64,000 bases of DNA, from the NCBI GenBank assembly GCA_040005235.1, contig JBDTZG010000008.1, forward strand, positions 71,096-135,095. Reading direction: 5' to 3'. Shown here one piece after another: positions 20,065-29,872 of this stretch. A model generated the notes under the pieces. That model searched no databases. It was not told the origin of the DNA and saw nothing but the letters and a program-made list of their open reading frames with translations. This stretch comes from Acidobacteriota bacterium (GTDB lineage: Bacteria; Acidobacteriota; Thermoanaerobaculia; Multivoradales; UBA5704). The translations under genes and the position numbers were made by a program. Positions within the stretch are counted from its first letter, which is position 1. Each line of letters begins with the position of its first letter.

Positions 20065-21444
20065 ATGGCCTGGACCCAAGAGCTGCTCGACAACCACCGG
20101 GCGCTGTCCGAAACCGACGTCCGCTTCCGTGACTTCGCGATGGCCAACCCGAAATGTCTCGATCTGGAATACCTCATGGGGTTCGGCTTCCGCGAGGACG
20201 AGGTGCTCTATTACACGGGCATCCTGCATCCGTGGCCGTTCTTCGCCGGTCCGGACGTGCTCGCCGAGATCGAGCGGGTGACGATGGGGCTCTCGCGACT
20301 GCACCGCCGGATTCCGGAGCGGATCTTCGACAACGACCCGGAACGGATCGCCGAACATTTCGGGCTCGATCCGCTCTACGCAGAGCTGCTGCTCGAACCC
20401 CCGAACGGCCTCGATTCCGCGCTCGGCCGCGCCGACCTGGCCTGGTCGGAGGGCGGCGGGTTCAAGTGCCTGGAGTTCAACTTCGGCGCCCGCATCGGCG
20501 GCGGAGAATCGAGGTTTCGCGCCGAGCGTTACGAGCGGGTGCCCGAGCTGCGCGAGTTCTTCGAGCGCGAGGGAATCCCCTGGACGGCGCAGAAGAACAC
20601 CACGCGCGAGATCTTCCACCACTTTCTCGACGAGGCGTTGAAGCTGGGCCTCGGCCGGGAGGGATATTTGAACCTCTCGATGCTGCTCCACCAGAAGCTC
20701 GATTTCGGACTGGCAGAGCGGTTCAAGGGCGAATTCGATCTCGCGCTCGCCGAGCGCGGCCTGCCGCTCGGCGGTCGCCTTTACCTCTCTCAGCTCGAAG
20801 AGCTGTACGAGAAGGACGGCGCGCTCTACTCGGGAGACCGGCGGATTCACGGCATGATCGAGATGACCCCGAAATGGACCCATCCGGCCGCCTATCCGCT
20901 CGCAGCGGCCGGCGAGCTGGTGCTGTTCAACGGGCCGATCCATTGGATTCTGTCGGGCAAGAATAATCTGGCGCTCCTATCCGAGAACCAGGATTCGGAT
21001 CGGTTCACGCCGGAGGAGCGCGAGCTGCTTTCCGCCCATCTTCCCTGGACCCGCATAGTCAACCGGCGCGAGGTGAGGTTCGACGGTAAAGATTGGGACC
21101 TAAAGACGCTGCTGGCCGAGCGCCGCGGCGATCTGGTGCTCAAATCGTGCCGCTCGCTCGGGGGCAAGGACGTGGTGGTCGGCCGCGCCAGCACGGACGA
21201 ACGCTGGCAGGAGGCGATCGACACCGCCTTTTCGGGCGACCTTTGGATCGTCCAGGAGTTCGTTCCTTCGCGGGGTTTCCTGGCGCTCTCGGCCGAGGGG
21301 GTCGAGCCCCACGACCTGATCTGGGGGCCGTTCGCCTTCGGCGACCGCTTCGGCGGGACCTTCCTACGCCTGCAACCGGCCCGGATCGGCGGGCCGATCA
21401 ACGTCAAGCGCGCGGGCTCCGCCGCCAGCTTGTTCGAACCTTGA
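20065..21444 (+). CDS. Circularly permuted ATP-grasp / glutathionylspermidine-synthase-like ligase, copy 2
   Basis: Collinear paralogue of the upstream gene: GRADLA..FKCLEFN, KNNLALLSE, HLPWTR, LVLKSCRSLGGKDV, WIVQEFV. Confidence 0.78.
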   Translation: MAWTQELLDNHRALSETDVRFRDFAMANPKCLDLEYLMGFGFREDEVLYYTGILHPWPFFAGPDVLAEIERVTMGLSRLHRRIPERIFDNDPERIAEHFGLDPLYAELLLEPPNGLDSALGRADLAWSEGGGFKCLEFNFGARIGGGESRFRAERYERVPELREFFEREGIPWTAQKNTTREIFHHFLDEALKLGLGREGYLNLSMLLHQKLDFGLAERFKGEFDLALAERGLPLGGRLYLSQLEELYEKDGALYSGDRRIHGMIEMTPKWTHPAAYPLAAAGELVLFNGPIHWILSGKNNLALLSENQDSDRFTPEERELLSAHLPWTRIVNRREVRFDGKDWDLKTLLAERRGDLVLKSCRSLGGKDVVVGRASTDERWQEAIDTAFSGDLWIVQEFVPSRGFLALSAEGVEPHDLIWGPFAFGDRFGGTFLRLQPARIGGPINVKRAGSAASLFEP

Positions 21445-21468
21445 GGCCCCCTTCGTGAGCCAACTTCC

Positions 21469-22578
21469 GTGAGCGAAATTTTTCGATCTACCTTGGCGCA
21501 CGGCCGCGGCGGCTCGGGGGTGACCTCGATCCTGATCGGGCCGGGCGCGCTTTCGGCCGGCGCCGAGTTGGCCTCCTCGTTCGTCGCAGACCGCACCGTC
21601 TTCCTGATCTCCAGCCGGCCCCTGTTGGAGCTTCATGGCTACCGGCTCGGACCGCTCTGCGGCCGGGCGCGGCGCTGTGAAGTGCTGGAGATCCCCGACG
21701 GCGAAGCGGCGAAATCGACCGAGGTGCTCGACGGTCTTTGGCGGCGGATGGCTCTCTCCGGCGGCAAGCGCGACAGCCGGGTGCTGGCGTTCGGCGGCGG
21801 CAGCGTCGGCGACCTCGCCGGCTTTGCGGCGGGCTGCTTCCTGCGTGGCCTGGATTTCGCGCAGCTGCCGACCACGCTGCTCGCCCAGGTGGATGCCTCG
21901 ATCGGCGGCAAGACCGGCATCGACCTGCCCGAGGGCAAGAACCTGGTCGGCCTGTTCCATCATCCCGAGCTGGTGATCGCCGACACCGACGTGCTTGGGA
22001 CTCTGCCGCCCGCGGAGCTGCGCTCCGGCCTGGTCGAGGCGATCAAGATGGCGGCGTTGCTCGATCTCGACCTGTTCGGGCGGATCGAGCGCGACCTGCC
22101 CGCGCTGCTGTCCGCCGAGCCCGGAGCGCTCGCTCCGGTGGTCGCGGCGGCGGCGGCGGCGAAGGTGGCGGTGGTCGAACGCGATCCGGCCGAGGAGGGC
22201 GACCGGCGGCTGCTCAATTTCGGCCACACGCTCGGCCACGCGATCGAGGCGGCGCTTGGGTTTACCGGCCTGCGCCACGGCGAGGCGGTGGCCTATGGCC
22301 TGCTGTTCGCGCTACGCCTGTCGCGCAAGCGTGGACTGCCGGCGGAGGACGCGGAGCGTCTCCGCTCGCTGCTTTTCCGCTTGGAGCTACCGGCCCTGCC
22401 GCCGGTCGCTGGGCCTGAATTGTTGGCGGGGATTGCGCGCGACAAGAAGGCGGTCGAGGCGGGCCTTGCCTGGGTGCTTGCCGCCCGGCTGGGCCAAGGA
22501 CGGATCGAGCCGCGGGTCGACCCGGCGGAGATCGAAACGGAGCTCGTGGCGTTCCTCGCGAGCCCTTGGGCTTCGTGA
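21469..22578 (+). CDS. aroB: 3-dehydroquinate synthase
   Basis: GGGSVGDLAGF, PTTLLAQVDASIGGKTG, KNLVGLF, LLNFGHTLGHAIE, HGEAVA. Confidence 0.95.
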   Translation: MSEIFRSTLAHGRGGSGVTSILIGPGALSAGAELASSFVADRTVFLISSRPLLELHGYRLGPLCGRARRCEVLEIPDGEAAKSTEVLDGLWRRMALSGGKRDSRVLAFGGGSVGDLAGFAAGCFLRGLDFAQLPTTLLAQVDASIGGKTGIDLPEGKNLVGLFHHPELVIADTDVLGTLPPAELRSGLVEAIKMAALLDLDLFGRIERDLPALLSAEPGALAPVVAAAAAAKVAVVERDPAEEGDRRLLNFGHTLGHAIEAALGFTGLRHGEAVAYGLLFALRLSRKRGLPAEDAERLRSLLFRLELPALPPVAGPELLAGIARDKKAVEAGLAWVLAARLGQGRIEPRVDPAEIETELVAFLASPWAS

Positions 22579-22602
22579 ACCGTTCCGGAGCGGCAAGTCG
22601 TC

Positions 22603-22608
22603 TATAAT
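22603..22608 (+). promoter_or_regulatory. Putative sigma70 -10 box (TATAAT) for the HD-GYP operon
   Basis: Perfect TATAAT in high-GC intergenic DNA 42 nt before ATG 22651. Confidence 0.55.
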
Positions 22609-22650
22609 GCGAGCTTTGGAACTTAGGTCAAAATCCCGTCCAGAGCGCTC

Positions 22651-24405
22651 ATGACGAATCCTCGCAGCCTATTCCGTCGCCTTTCGCTGCGTTCGGTCCT
22701 GTTTTTCGTCCTGCTCCTCTCGGGCATCCTCCCTCTGGTGCTCTCCGGCGCGCTGCTGCTGCTGCAAAATCGCGGGCTGCTGCAAAACGCCGAGCGCGAC
22801 GTGCTGATCCGCGAGGTCGGCGCGCTCTCCCGCCAGGTGGACGCCGATCTGGTGGCGACCCGCCGGGAGCTGACCCTGGTGGGTCAGGTTCTGCTCGCCA
22901 CCCCCGGATCGGAGGACGTCCTCACGCGGCTCGACCAGCCGTGGGTGGCGCCCTATCTGAGCGAGGTCACCCGCACCTCGGCGGCGCGCGTGATCGGCGT
23001 CTTCGACATCGCCGGCCACGCTTTGCTGCCGCCTTTGAGCCGCGAGCGCGGCGAAGCGGTCGACACGGCGTTTCGCATGTCGCTCTCCCACCTCGCGCCG
23101 ACCTACGTTTTCGTCCGCGGCGAGCAGAAGAATCCGCTGGCGGCGCTCGCGGTGCCGGTGCCGCCCAAGGCGCCGCGGCTCGTGGTGGTCGCCCTGTTCG
23201 CATTCACTCCGGCCGCCGACCTCTACCGCGAGGAGGCGGGCAAGGAAGGGGCGATCGCTCTGATCGACGAACGGGGCGAGATCCTCTGGCAGCGCGGCTT
23301 CAGCCCCGAGACCACCCGCGCGTTGATCGCCTCGAAGGTGCTGGTCGACTTCAAGAACCGGCCGCTCGACCTGACCAAGGAATACGTCGTCGCCACCGCC
23401 GGCCGGCCGCAGCGCTATCTCGCCCAGGTGAGCAGCGTGCGCGAGAGCGGCTGGGGGGTGGTGGTGCAGAAGCCGGCCCGGCTGGCGTTCGAGATGGTGC
23501 GGAAGATGCTGTGGAACACCATCGCCTCGACCGTCGTGCTGATCGGCGTGGCGCTCGGCGTCGCGTTCTTCGCCGCCCGGCGCGCCAGCCGGCCGATTCA
23601 GACCTTGGCCCAGCGCACCCACGAGATCGCCGAGGGGCATTTCGAACGGCGATTGGAATCCGAAGGGGTCGGCCGCGAGCTCGGCGATCTGGCCGAAGAC
23701 TTCAATCGCATGAGCGGCCAGCTCGAAAGTTTCGTCGAGCAGCTGCGCGCCGCGGCGCAGGCGAACCGCGATCTGTTCATCGGCTCGTTGCGCGCGTTCG
23801 CCGCCGCGATCGACGCCAAGGACCCTTACACCCGCGGCCATTCGGAGCGGGTGGCGACGTTCGCTCGCGCGATCGCCGGAAGGCTCGGTTTTTCCGATGA
23901 CTTGATCGAAAAGATTTGGATCGGCGCGCTGCTCCACGACGTGGGCAAGATCGGCGTCGACGACCGGATCTTGAAGAAAGTCGGCGTGCTCACTCCGGAC
24001 GAGTACGATCAAATGAAGCTGCACACCGTGATCGGCGCCGAAATCCTGTCGCCGATCGAGCAGCTCAAAGACGTCCTGCCCGCCGTTCGCTGGCACCATG
24101 AAAGCTGGAACGGCCGAGGCTATCCGGACGGTTTGCGCGGCGATCAGATCCCGCTTTTCGCGCGGATCGTGGCGGTCGCCGACACGTTCGATGCGGTGAC
24201 CACGAACCGACCGTATCAGCAGGCGTACGATCTTCGTTTTGCGGTCGATACGATCACCAAGCTCGCCGGCAGCCGGTTCGACGCCAAAGTGGTGACGGCG
24301 TTCCTGCGCGCCTACGACGCCGGAGAGATCCATCCGGCCGAAGACCGCGCGGCCGGCCCGCACGGTGCCGTTCAGCCCTTCGAATTAATGGTGGCCCGAG
24401 GTTAG
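22651..24405 (+). CDS. Membrane HD-GYP cyclic-dinucleotide phosphodiesterase with periplasmic (Cache-like) and HAMP domains
   Basis: Two TM helices, HAMP (ELGDLAEDFNRM), DPYTRGHSERV, LLHDVGKIG, HHESWNGRGYP. Confidence 0.93.
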   Translation: MTNPRSLFRRLSLRSVLFFVLLLSGILPLVLSGALLLLQNRGLLQNAERDVLIREVGALSRQVDADLVATRRELTLVGQVLLATPGSEDVLTRLDQPWVAPYLSEVTRTSAARVIGVFDIAGHALLPPLSRERGEAVDTAFRMSLSHLAPTYVFVRGEQKNPLAALAVPVPPKAPRLVVVALFAFTPAADLYREEAGKEGAIALIDERGEILWQRGFSPETTRALIASKVLVDFKNRPLDLTKEYVVATAGRPQRYLAQVSSVRESGWGVVVQKPARLAFEMVRKMLWNTIASTVVLIGVALGVAFFAARRASRPIQTLAQRTHEIAEGHFERRLESEGVGRELGDLAEDFNRMSGQLESFVEQLRAAAQANRDLFIGSLRAFAAAIDAKDPYTRGHSERVATFARAIAGRLGFSDDLIEKIWIGALLHDVGKIGVDDRILKKVGVLTPDEYDQMKLHTVIGAEILSPIEQLKDVLPAVRWHHESWNGRGYPDGLRGDQIPLFARIVAVADTFDAVTTNRPYQQAYDLRFAVDTITKLAGSRFDAKVVTAFLRAYDAGEIHPAEDRAAGPHGAVQPFELMVARG

Positions 24406-24408
24406 CGC

Positions 24409-24771
24409 ATGGCATTTGAAGACACCCTGGCTCGATTGCTCGCCGCGCAGCAAGATGCCGTCGGCGTTCTGTTCCTCGACTCGACCGGCGAGACCGTTCA
24501 CCTCGCCTGCGCCGAGATCTCGAAGTACGACCTGCAGGTGATCGGCGCCTATATCGGGATCTACATGCGCCATCTCGACAAGGTGATGACGCTCAATCAT
24601 CTCGGCAAGACTCAGCTGATCCACATCGAGAAGCGCAAGGTCCACATCCACGTGATGATGCTGCCGGACGGCTACTGCCTGGCACTCGTGCAGCGCCATC
24701 CGGGGCAGGTGGCGCGTGCCCGCGCCCGGCTGAGGGCGGCGGGCGCCGAATTGGTGCGCGAGCTGTTCTAG
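24409..24771 (+). CDS. Roadblock/LC7 (MglB-like) protein
   Basis: 120 aa; helix then AVGVLFLDSTGE and a C-terminal G..RARLR..A.EL pattern. Confidence 0.65.
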   Translation: MAFEDTLARLLAAQQDAVGVLFLDSTGETVHLACAEISKYDLQVIGAYIGIYMRHLDKVMTLNHLGKTQLIHIEKRKVHIHVMMLPDGYCLALVQRHPGQVARARARLRAAGAELVRELF

Positions 24772-24794
24772 CTTCGCAACAAGCCAACTCTTCG

Positions 24795-25838
24795 ATGCGC
24801 GCCGTTTTGTTCGAGGGAGTCCGCCGACTCGTCTGCCAAGAGGTCCCCGACCCGGGAATCCTCGATCCGGGAGACGCGATCGTCGCCGTGCGCGCGGCAG
24901 GAGTCTGCGGCTCCGACCTTCACGTCTACCGCGGCGCCGAGGCGGGCCTCGACCTTGGGACCCCGATGGGGCACGAGCTGGCCGGAGAGGTGGTGGCGGT
25001 TGGGTCCGGGGTGCGCGGCTTTGCTCCCGGCGCCCGGGTGGCGAGCCCGTTTTCGACCAGCTGCGGTATCTGCCCGGCCTGTCGCCGCGGCTTGACCGCA
25101 CGCTGCGTCCGCGGCCAGCTGTTCGGCTGGGTCCACGAGGGCAAAGGCCTGGCAGGCGCACAGGCGGAGCTAGTGCGCGTGCCGCTCGCGGATTCGACCC
25201 TGGTGTCGATCGGGGACGAGTTGCCCTACGAGATCGCGGTGCTCGCGGGCGACGTGCTCGCGACCGGCGCTTTCGGTGCCGAGCAGGCGGGAGCCGGCCC
25301 GGGCGCGGTGATCGCCGTGGTCGGCTGCGGCCCGGTGGGTCTGATGGCGATCCTCGGCGCGCGCGAGCTGGGGGCCGAGCGGGTCTTTGCGCTCGACACG
25401 GTGGCGGAACGTCTGGCGCTTGCCGAAGGCTACGGCGCCGAGCCGGTGCCGCTCGATGCGCATCCGGTCGAATGGATTTTGGCAGCCACCGGCGGCCAGG
25501 GGGTCGACGGCGTCGCCGAGGCGGTGGGCAGCACCTCGGCGCTCCAGCTGGCCTACGACCTGGTGCGGCCGGGAGGCGCGATCTCGGCTCTCGGCGTCCA
25601 CAACGAGCCGACGTTCGCGCTCGCGCCGGCCCATCTCTACGACAAGAACCTGACCTATCGCACCGGCCGCTGCCCCGCTCGCGCGTACATGGACCGGTTG
25701 CTGCCGATTGCCACCCGCAGGGCCGGCGACCTTGCGCGGATGATCTCCCACCGGCTGCCGTTGGCCGATGGGCCGCACGGCTACGACCTGTTCGACCGCC
25801 GGGCCGAAGGCTGCACCAAAGTCATACTTTTGCCATGA
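24795..25838 (+). CDS. Zn-dependent alcohol dehydrogenase (MDR family)
   Basis: CGSDLH, GHELAG, CGICPAC..C, VGCGPVG. Confidence 0.93.
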   Translation: MRAVLFEGVRRLVCQEVPDPGILDPGDAIVAVRAAGVCGSDLHVYRGAEAGLDLGTPMGHELAGEVVAVGSGVRGFAPGARVASPFSTSCGICPACRRGLTARCVRGQLFGWVHEGKGLAGAQAELVRVPLADSTLVSIGDELPYEIAVLAGDVLATGAFGAEQAGAGPGAVIAVVGCGPVGLMAILGARELGAERVFALDTVAERLALAEGYGAEPVPLDAHPVEWILAATGGQGVDGVAEAVGSTSALQLAYDLVRPGGAISALGVHNEPTFALAPAHLYDKNLTYRTGRCPARAYMDRLLPIATRRAGDLARMISHRLPLADGPHGYDLFDRRAEGCTKVILLP

Positions 25839-26794
25839 TCGCCCGGCGCCGCTATTCGCTTTTGCCTTTTGTCCTTGCCGTCCCTTGCGTCCTCTTCTCT
25901 GCGTCAACGCCCCCCTCAAATACTCTCATCGCCTTGGGCACCGCCCAGGATGGCGGCTACCCGCAGGTCGCCTGCTCTTGCGATCGTTGCGAGCTGGCGC
26001 GCCATAATCCCAAGCTCGCCCGGCGGGTGGCGAGCCTGGCCCTTCGCGCGGCGTCGGGCAAGACCTACCTGATCGACGCCGGACCGGATCTGCCCGCGCA
26101 GATCGAAGCGATCCATCGCTGGCGCGCCCATCCGACCGACCGTACCGACCGGCAGCCGGTCGACGGCATCCTGCTCACCCACGCGCACATCGGCCACTAC
26201 CTGGGCCTCGCCTGGCTCGGCTTCGAAACGCTCGCCAGCCGCGAGATTCCCGTCTGGGCCTCGCCGCGGATGGCCGGCTACCTGCGCGCGAACGGTCCCT
26301 GGAGCCAGCTGGTGGGACAGAAGAACATCGTCCTTCACGAGTTTGCCCCCGAATCGTGGTTCGAGTTGGAGCCGGGCTTGTCGATCAAGCCGATCCAAGT
26401 TCCGCACCGCGACGAGCTGTCGGACACGTTCGGCTTCGTGATCCGCGGCCCGCGCAACTCCGTCCTCTACGTGCCGGACACGGACTCCTGGCGCGCCTGG
26501 AAGAAACCGCTGCCCGACGTCCTCGCGGATGAAAAGATCGACATCGCGCTGCTCGACGGCACGTTTTATTCGCGCGCCGAGCTGCCCGATCGCGATCCGG
26601 CGAAGATCGGCCATCCGCTGATCACCGACACGATGGATCTGCTGGGGGAGCGGGTGAAGTCGGGCAAGCTGGAAGTCCGGTTCACCCACCTGAACCATTC
26701 GAATGTCGCCCTGGAAAAGAAGGACGCAGCGAGGAAGGACATCGCGGCGCACGGTTTCCGGGTGCTCGCCGACGGCGACGAGATCGGTCTCTAG
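25835..26794 (+). CDS. PqqB-like metallo-beta-lactamase-fold protein with N-terminal signal/anchor
   Basis: LGTAQDGGYPQ..C.C..C, THAHIGHYLGL, VPHRDE, LDGTF, THLNHSN; ATGA overlap with the ADH gene. Confidence 0.82.
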   Translation: MIARRRYSLLPFVLAVPCVLFSASTPPSNTLIALGTAQDGGYPQVACSCDRCELARHNPKLARRVASLALRAASGKTYLIDAGPDLPAQIEAIHRWRAHPTDRTDRQPVDGILLTHAHIGHYLGLAWLGFETLASREIPVWASPRMAGYLRANGPWSQLVGQKNIVLHEFAPESWFELEPGLSIKPIQVPHRDELSDTFGFVIRGPRNSVLYVPDTDSWRAWKKPLPDVLADEKIDIALLDGTFYSRAELPDRDPAKIGHPLITDTMDLLGERVKSGKLEVRFTHLNHSNVALEKKDAARKDIAAHGFRVLADGDEIGL

Positions 26795-26842
26795 CCCCTC
26801 GCCCCGCTCAGCGATCCGGAGCCTCGGGGCTTCCCGTTCGGA

Positions 26843-27148
26843 TCACTTATTCGCGTCGGACGGCCGCTGATACTGCTCGATCAGCTCGCGGATGCGGCGC
26901 GCGTCACGCTTGGTGTGGCCGTGGCTGGTGAGCGGGTTGCTCCCGCCGGTCGAATCGATGCGGATTTCGGAGAACATCAGCCCCGTGTTGATCTCGACCG
27001 AGGCCACGTTCGAAATTCCGATGCTCTCCTCGGTGCGGCCGAATAGGCGCGGCTTGATCCGCGCGACCCGCTCCGGGGTCACCTCGATGCGCGTCGGGAA
27101 GAAGAAATTGCCTTTGGTGAAGCGGCTGGCGGAGAACGATTCGCTCAT
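26843..27148 (-). CDS. Small hypothetical protein, possible bacterial PH domain
   Basis: GGAGG SD, 101 aa, beta-rich EESIGISNVASVEINTGLMFSEIRI followed by a C-terminal helix. Confidence 0.7.
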   Translation of the reverse strand: MSESFSASRFTKGNFFFPTRIEVTPERVARIKPRLFGRTEESIGISNVASVEINTGLMFSEIRIDSTGGSNPLTSHGHTKRDARRIRELIEQYQRPSDANK

Positions 27149-27275
27149 GTTTCCTCCCACCCTTCCATCCTATCCGAGCAGCGCCCGTGCCGGCGGAGAA
27201 ATCACGAGGGCCGCCGCCCGCTCTCCGCGGCCTGAGGGCCGGTTCAGAATGAGCGCGACCGTGTCCGTTCTGCGG

Positions 27276-29174
27276 TCAGCAGTCGGAGAGGGTGCGCGGT
27301 GGCCAGGCGGCGCGCAGCGCCTGAAGGACCGCCGCGACGTCGATCGCCTCCTGGGCGATCGCGCCTGCGACGGGGGAGAGCCAGCCGGCTGCCGCGAGCG
27401 CCATGCCGATCACCGAGAAGGCCATTCCGCCCACCGCGCTGATCAGGGCGATCGAGCGCATTCGCCGGCCGATGTGCAGCAGCTCATCGACCCGTCCGAG
27501 GGAGCTGTCGAGGATCACGGCGCCCGCGGCTTCCGCGGTCACGTCGCTGTTTTGGCCGAACGCGATTCCGACGGTCGCGGTCGCGAGCGCCGGGGCGTCG
27601 TTGATGCCGTCTCCCAGGAACAGTGTCGGCGCCCGTTCGGTCTCGGCGCGGGTGATCGCCACCTTCTGCTCCGGGGTCTGCGAGGAATACACCTCGGCAA
27701 TCCCCACCTGGGCGGCAAGATGGCGCACCTCGTCCTCGCGGTCGCCGGAGACCAACAGGATGCGGTCGAAGCGATGCCGCGGTATGAGGTGGCGGATGAA
27801 GCTCGCGCCGTCCTGCCGCGGGACGTCGCGGAAACGAAACAGCGCTGCTGGCCGGCCGTCGCTACGGATCACGCATTCGAGGCCGCTCTCCGCCGCGGGG
27901 AGCATGGCCGCGAGGTCCGCGCTCTCTTTGGCGAGGCCGCTCCGGCTGCCGACCTGGATTTTACGGCCCCCGACCGTGCCGACCAGCCCTTCGCCCGCCC
28001 GTTCGCCGATCGCGGTGGCGGGGGAGAGCGCAAGCGCCTTGGTCTTGGCGGCGTCCAGAATCGCCCCGGACAGCGGATGGCGCGAATAGCGTTCCAGGCT
28101 CGCCACGTCGGCGAGCACGCGGTCGGCCGAAAATCCGGCGAGAGGAACCACCTCGGTGAGCTTGGGCTGGCCGTAGGTGAGCGTGCCGGTCTTGTCGAAG
28201 ATCGCCGTCCGGCAAGTGGAGATCCGTTCGAGCACCGCGGGGTCTTTGATGATGATGCCCCGCTTGGCGGCGAGCGAGATCGAGCCGATGATCGCGACCG
28301 GAATCGCGATCAAAAGCGGGCAGGGGGTGGCGACGACCAGCACGGCGAGAAAGCGAATCCGTTCGCCAGAGATCGCCCAGGCCGCGACCGCGAGCCCGAC
28401 CGCGAGCGGCGTGTAGATCGCCCCGAGCTGGTCGCCGAGGCGCCGCAGTTGAGGACGCTGCTGCTCGGAAGACCGCATGACCTCCATGATCTTCGTGTAG
28501 CGGGAATCGACCGCCCGCTTTGTCGCCCGCACGACCAGCACGCTGTCGCCGTTGACCGCGCCCGACAGCACGCTCGACCCGGGCGCCTTTTCGATCCCGT
28601 ACGGTTCGCCGGTCAGATACGACTCATCCATCGAGCCGTGCCCTTCTTCGACCTCGCCGTCCACCGGGCAGATCTCATGCGGGAAGACGACCAGCCGATC
28701 ACCCACCGCCACCTCGCCGAGGGGAATGTCCGCGATCTCCTGCCCGGCTCTCCGGTGGGCGATCGCGGGCATGCGCTTGGCCAGAGCTTCGAGCACCGAA
28801 GAGGCGCTCCGCACCGCAAACGCTTCAAGCGCCTGGCCGCCGGAGAGCATCAGGACGACAAGAGTGCCCGCGAGGTATTCGCCGAGCAGGATTGCGGTGA
28901 CGATCGAAATCCCGGCGAGCAAGTCAGAGCCGAATTCGCGCCGGAGCGCCTGGCGGAGAAGCGTCCAGACGAGCGGCGCTCCACCCAGGACCAATCCGGC
29001 CAAGAGCGGCAGATCGAAAAGCGGCAGGCCGCCCAGCCCGGCGATCTCGCCCCACTGAGGGAGGGCGTAGCGCAGCAAGAGGTGGAGGGTGATCGCGGCG
29101 AGCGCAAGCACCGCGATCCGAGCCTCGCGCGAGCTCAAAATGGACTGGCGGATCTGGCGGCCCGTCATCGGCAT
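27276..29174 (-). CDS. Heavy-metal P-type ATPase, P1B-5-like
   Basis: [34 protein letters not shown] and QEAID in the last TM; start probably ATG 29174 or 29168. Confidence 0.92.
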   Translation of the reverse strand: MPMTGRQIRQSILSSREARIAVLALAAITLHLLLRYALPQWGEIAGLGGLPLFDLPLLAGLVLGGAPLVWTLLRQALRREFGSDLLAGISIVTAILLGEYLAGTLVVLMLSGGQALEAFAVRSASSVLEALAKRMPAIAHRRAGQEIADIPLGEVAVGDRLVVFPHEICPVDGEVEEGHGSMDESYLTGEPYGIEKAPGSSVLSGAVNGDSVLVVRATKRAVDSRYTKIMEVMRSSEQQRPQLRRLGDQLGAIYTPLAVGLAVAAWAISGERIRFLAVLVVATPCPLLIAIPVAIIGSISLAAKRGIIIKDPAVLERISTCRTAIFDKTGTLTYGQPKLTEVVPLAGFSADRVLADVASLERYSRHPLSGAILDAAKTKALALSPATAIGERAGEGLVGTVGGRKIQVGSRSGLAKESADLAAMLPAAESGLECVIRSDGRPAALFRFRDVPRQDGASFIRHLIPRHRFDRILLVSGDREDEVRHLAAQVGIAEVYSSQTPEQKVAITRAETERAPTLFLGDGINDAPALATATVGIAFGQNSDVTAEAAGAVILDSSLGRVDELLHIGRRMRSIALISAVGGMAFSVIGMALAAAGWLSPVAGAIAQEAIDVAAVLQALRAAWPPRTLSDC

Positions 29175-29300
29175 GCCTGGAGTATGCTGGAATCGCCGTC
29201 CGAACGCCGCCACCCCGAAGGAGGGGACTTCCCGTCGGTGCGGCGCCCGCGCGGCCCCTGATGGCGGCGATCGGTTCCCGAACTCGGCGGTCCTCGCCAG

Positions 29301-29600
29301 GAAGCGGCTTGCCATTCCCGGAAGCGGCGATCGGGCCCCGGAAGCGGCTTGCGGTCCCAGGAAGCGGCTATCCGTCCCAGGAAGCGGAAGAAAGTCCCAG
29401 GAAGCGGAAGAAAGTCCCGGGAAGCGGCTATCCGTCTCAGGAAGCGGGAGAAAGTCTCAGGAAGCGGCTATCCGTCCCAGGAAGCGGGAGAAAGTCCCAG
29501 GAAGCGGCTTGCGGTCCCAGAAAGCGGCTTGCCGTTCCAGGAAGCGGCGCTCGGAACCAGGAAACGGCTCTCGAACTCAGAAAGCGGCTTCCGGCCGCGG
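29301..29600. repeat. 20-bp tandem array: 15 core units GAAGCGG-N6-GTCCCAG with degenerate flanking units (about 29261-29700)
   Basis: GAAGCGG or a one-mismatch variant recurs exactly every 20 nt from 29301 to 29581. Confidence 0.92.
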
Positions 29601-29807
29601 AACACCGCGATCGGCGGCGGCTAGCGGCTTGCGGCGCCCGAACACCGCTATCCCTCCCGGAATGCACCGATACGGCTCGGAAAGCCGCGATCGGCAGACG
29701 CCAGCGCGCAACGGATCCAGATCTCGACCCGGCGCGCTGGAGGTTCGCTATCCGGTGCGGCAAGCGAGGTATCGCGCCACAAAAGCCACGTGCCCGCCCA
29801 ACCCCCG

Positions 29808-29834
29808 GATCCCTCGCTTTCGCTCGGGATGACG
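29808..29834 (-). repeat. CGTC-tagged REP-like palindrome
   Basis: Minus strand CGTCATCCCGAGCGAAAGCGAGGGATC, an imperfect hairpin ATCCC..GC-loop-GC..GGGAT just downstream of the TonB receptor stop. Confidence 0.6.
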
Positions 29835-29872
29835 GAGGTGGGCGGTCTTGCTACTTGCTTCGGTTGCTTACC

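Noticed and set aside
25835-26794. PQQ biosynthesis cluster
   Set aside because: Only a PqqB-like gene is present; no pqqA peptide, pqqC, pqqD or radical-SAM pqqE nearby.
26892-29261. 789-aa plus-strand ORF, and many similar long Arg/Pro/Ala-rich ORFs across the window
   Set aside because: Shadow ORFs expected in high-GC DNA, overlapping clearly recognisable genes.
29301-29600. CRISPR array
   Set aside because: The period is only 20 bp, the variable part is 6 bp and recurs rather than being unique, and no cas genes are in the window.
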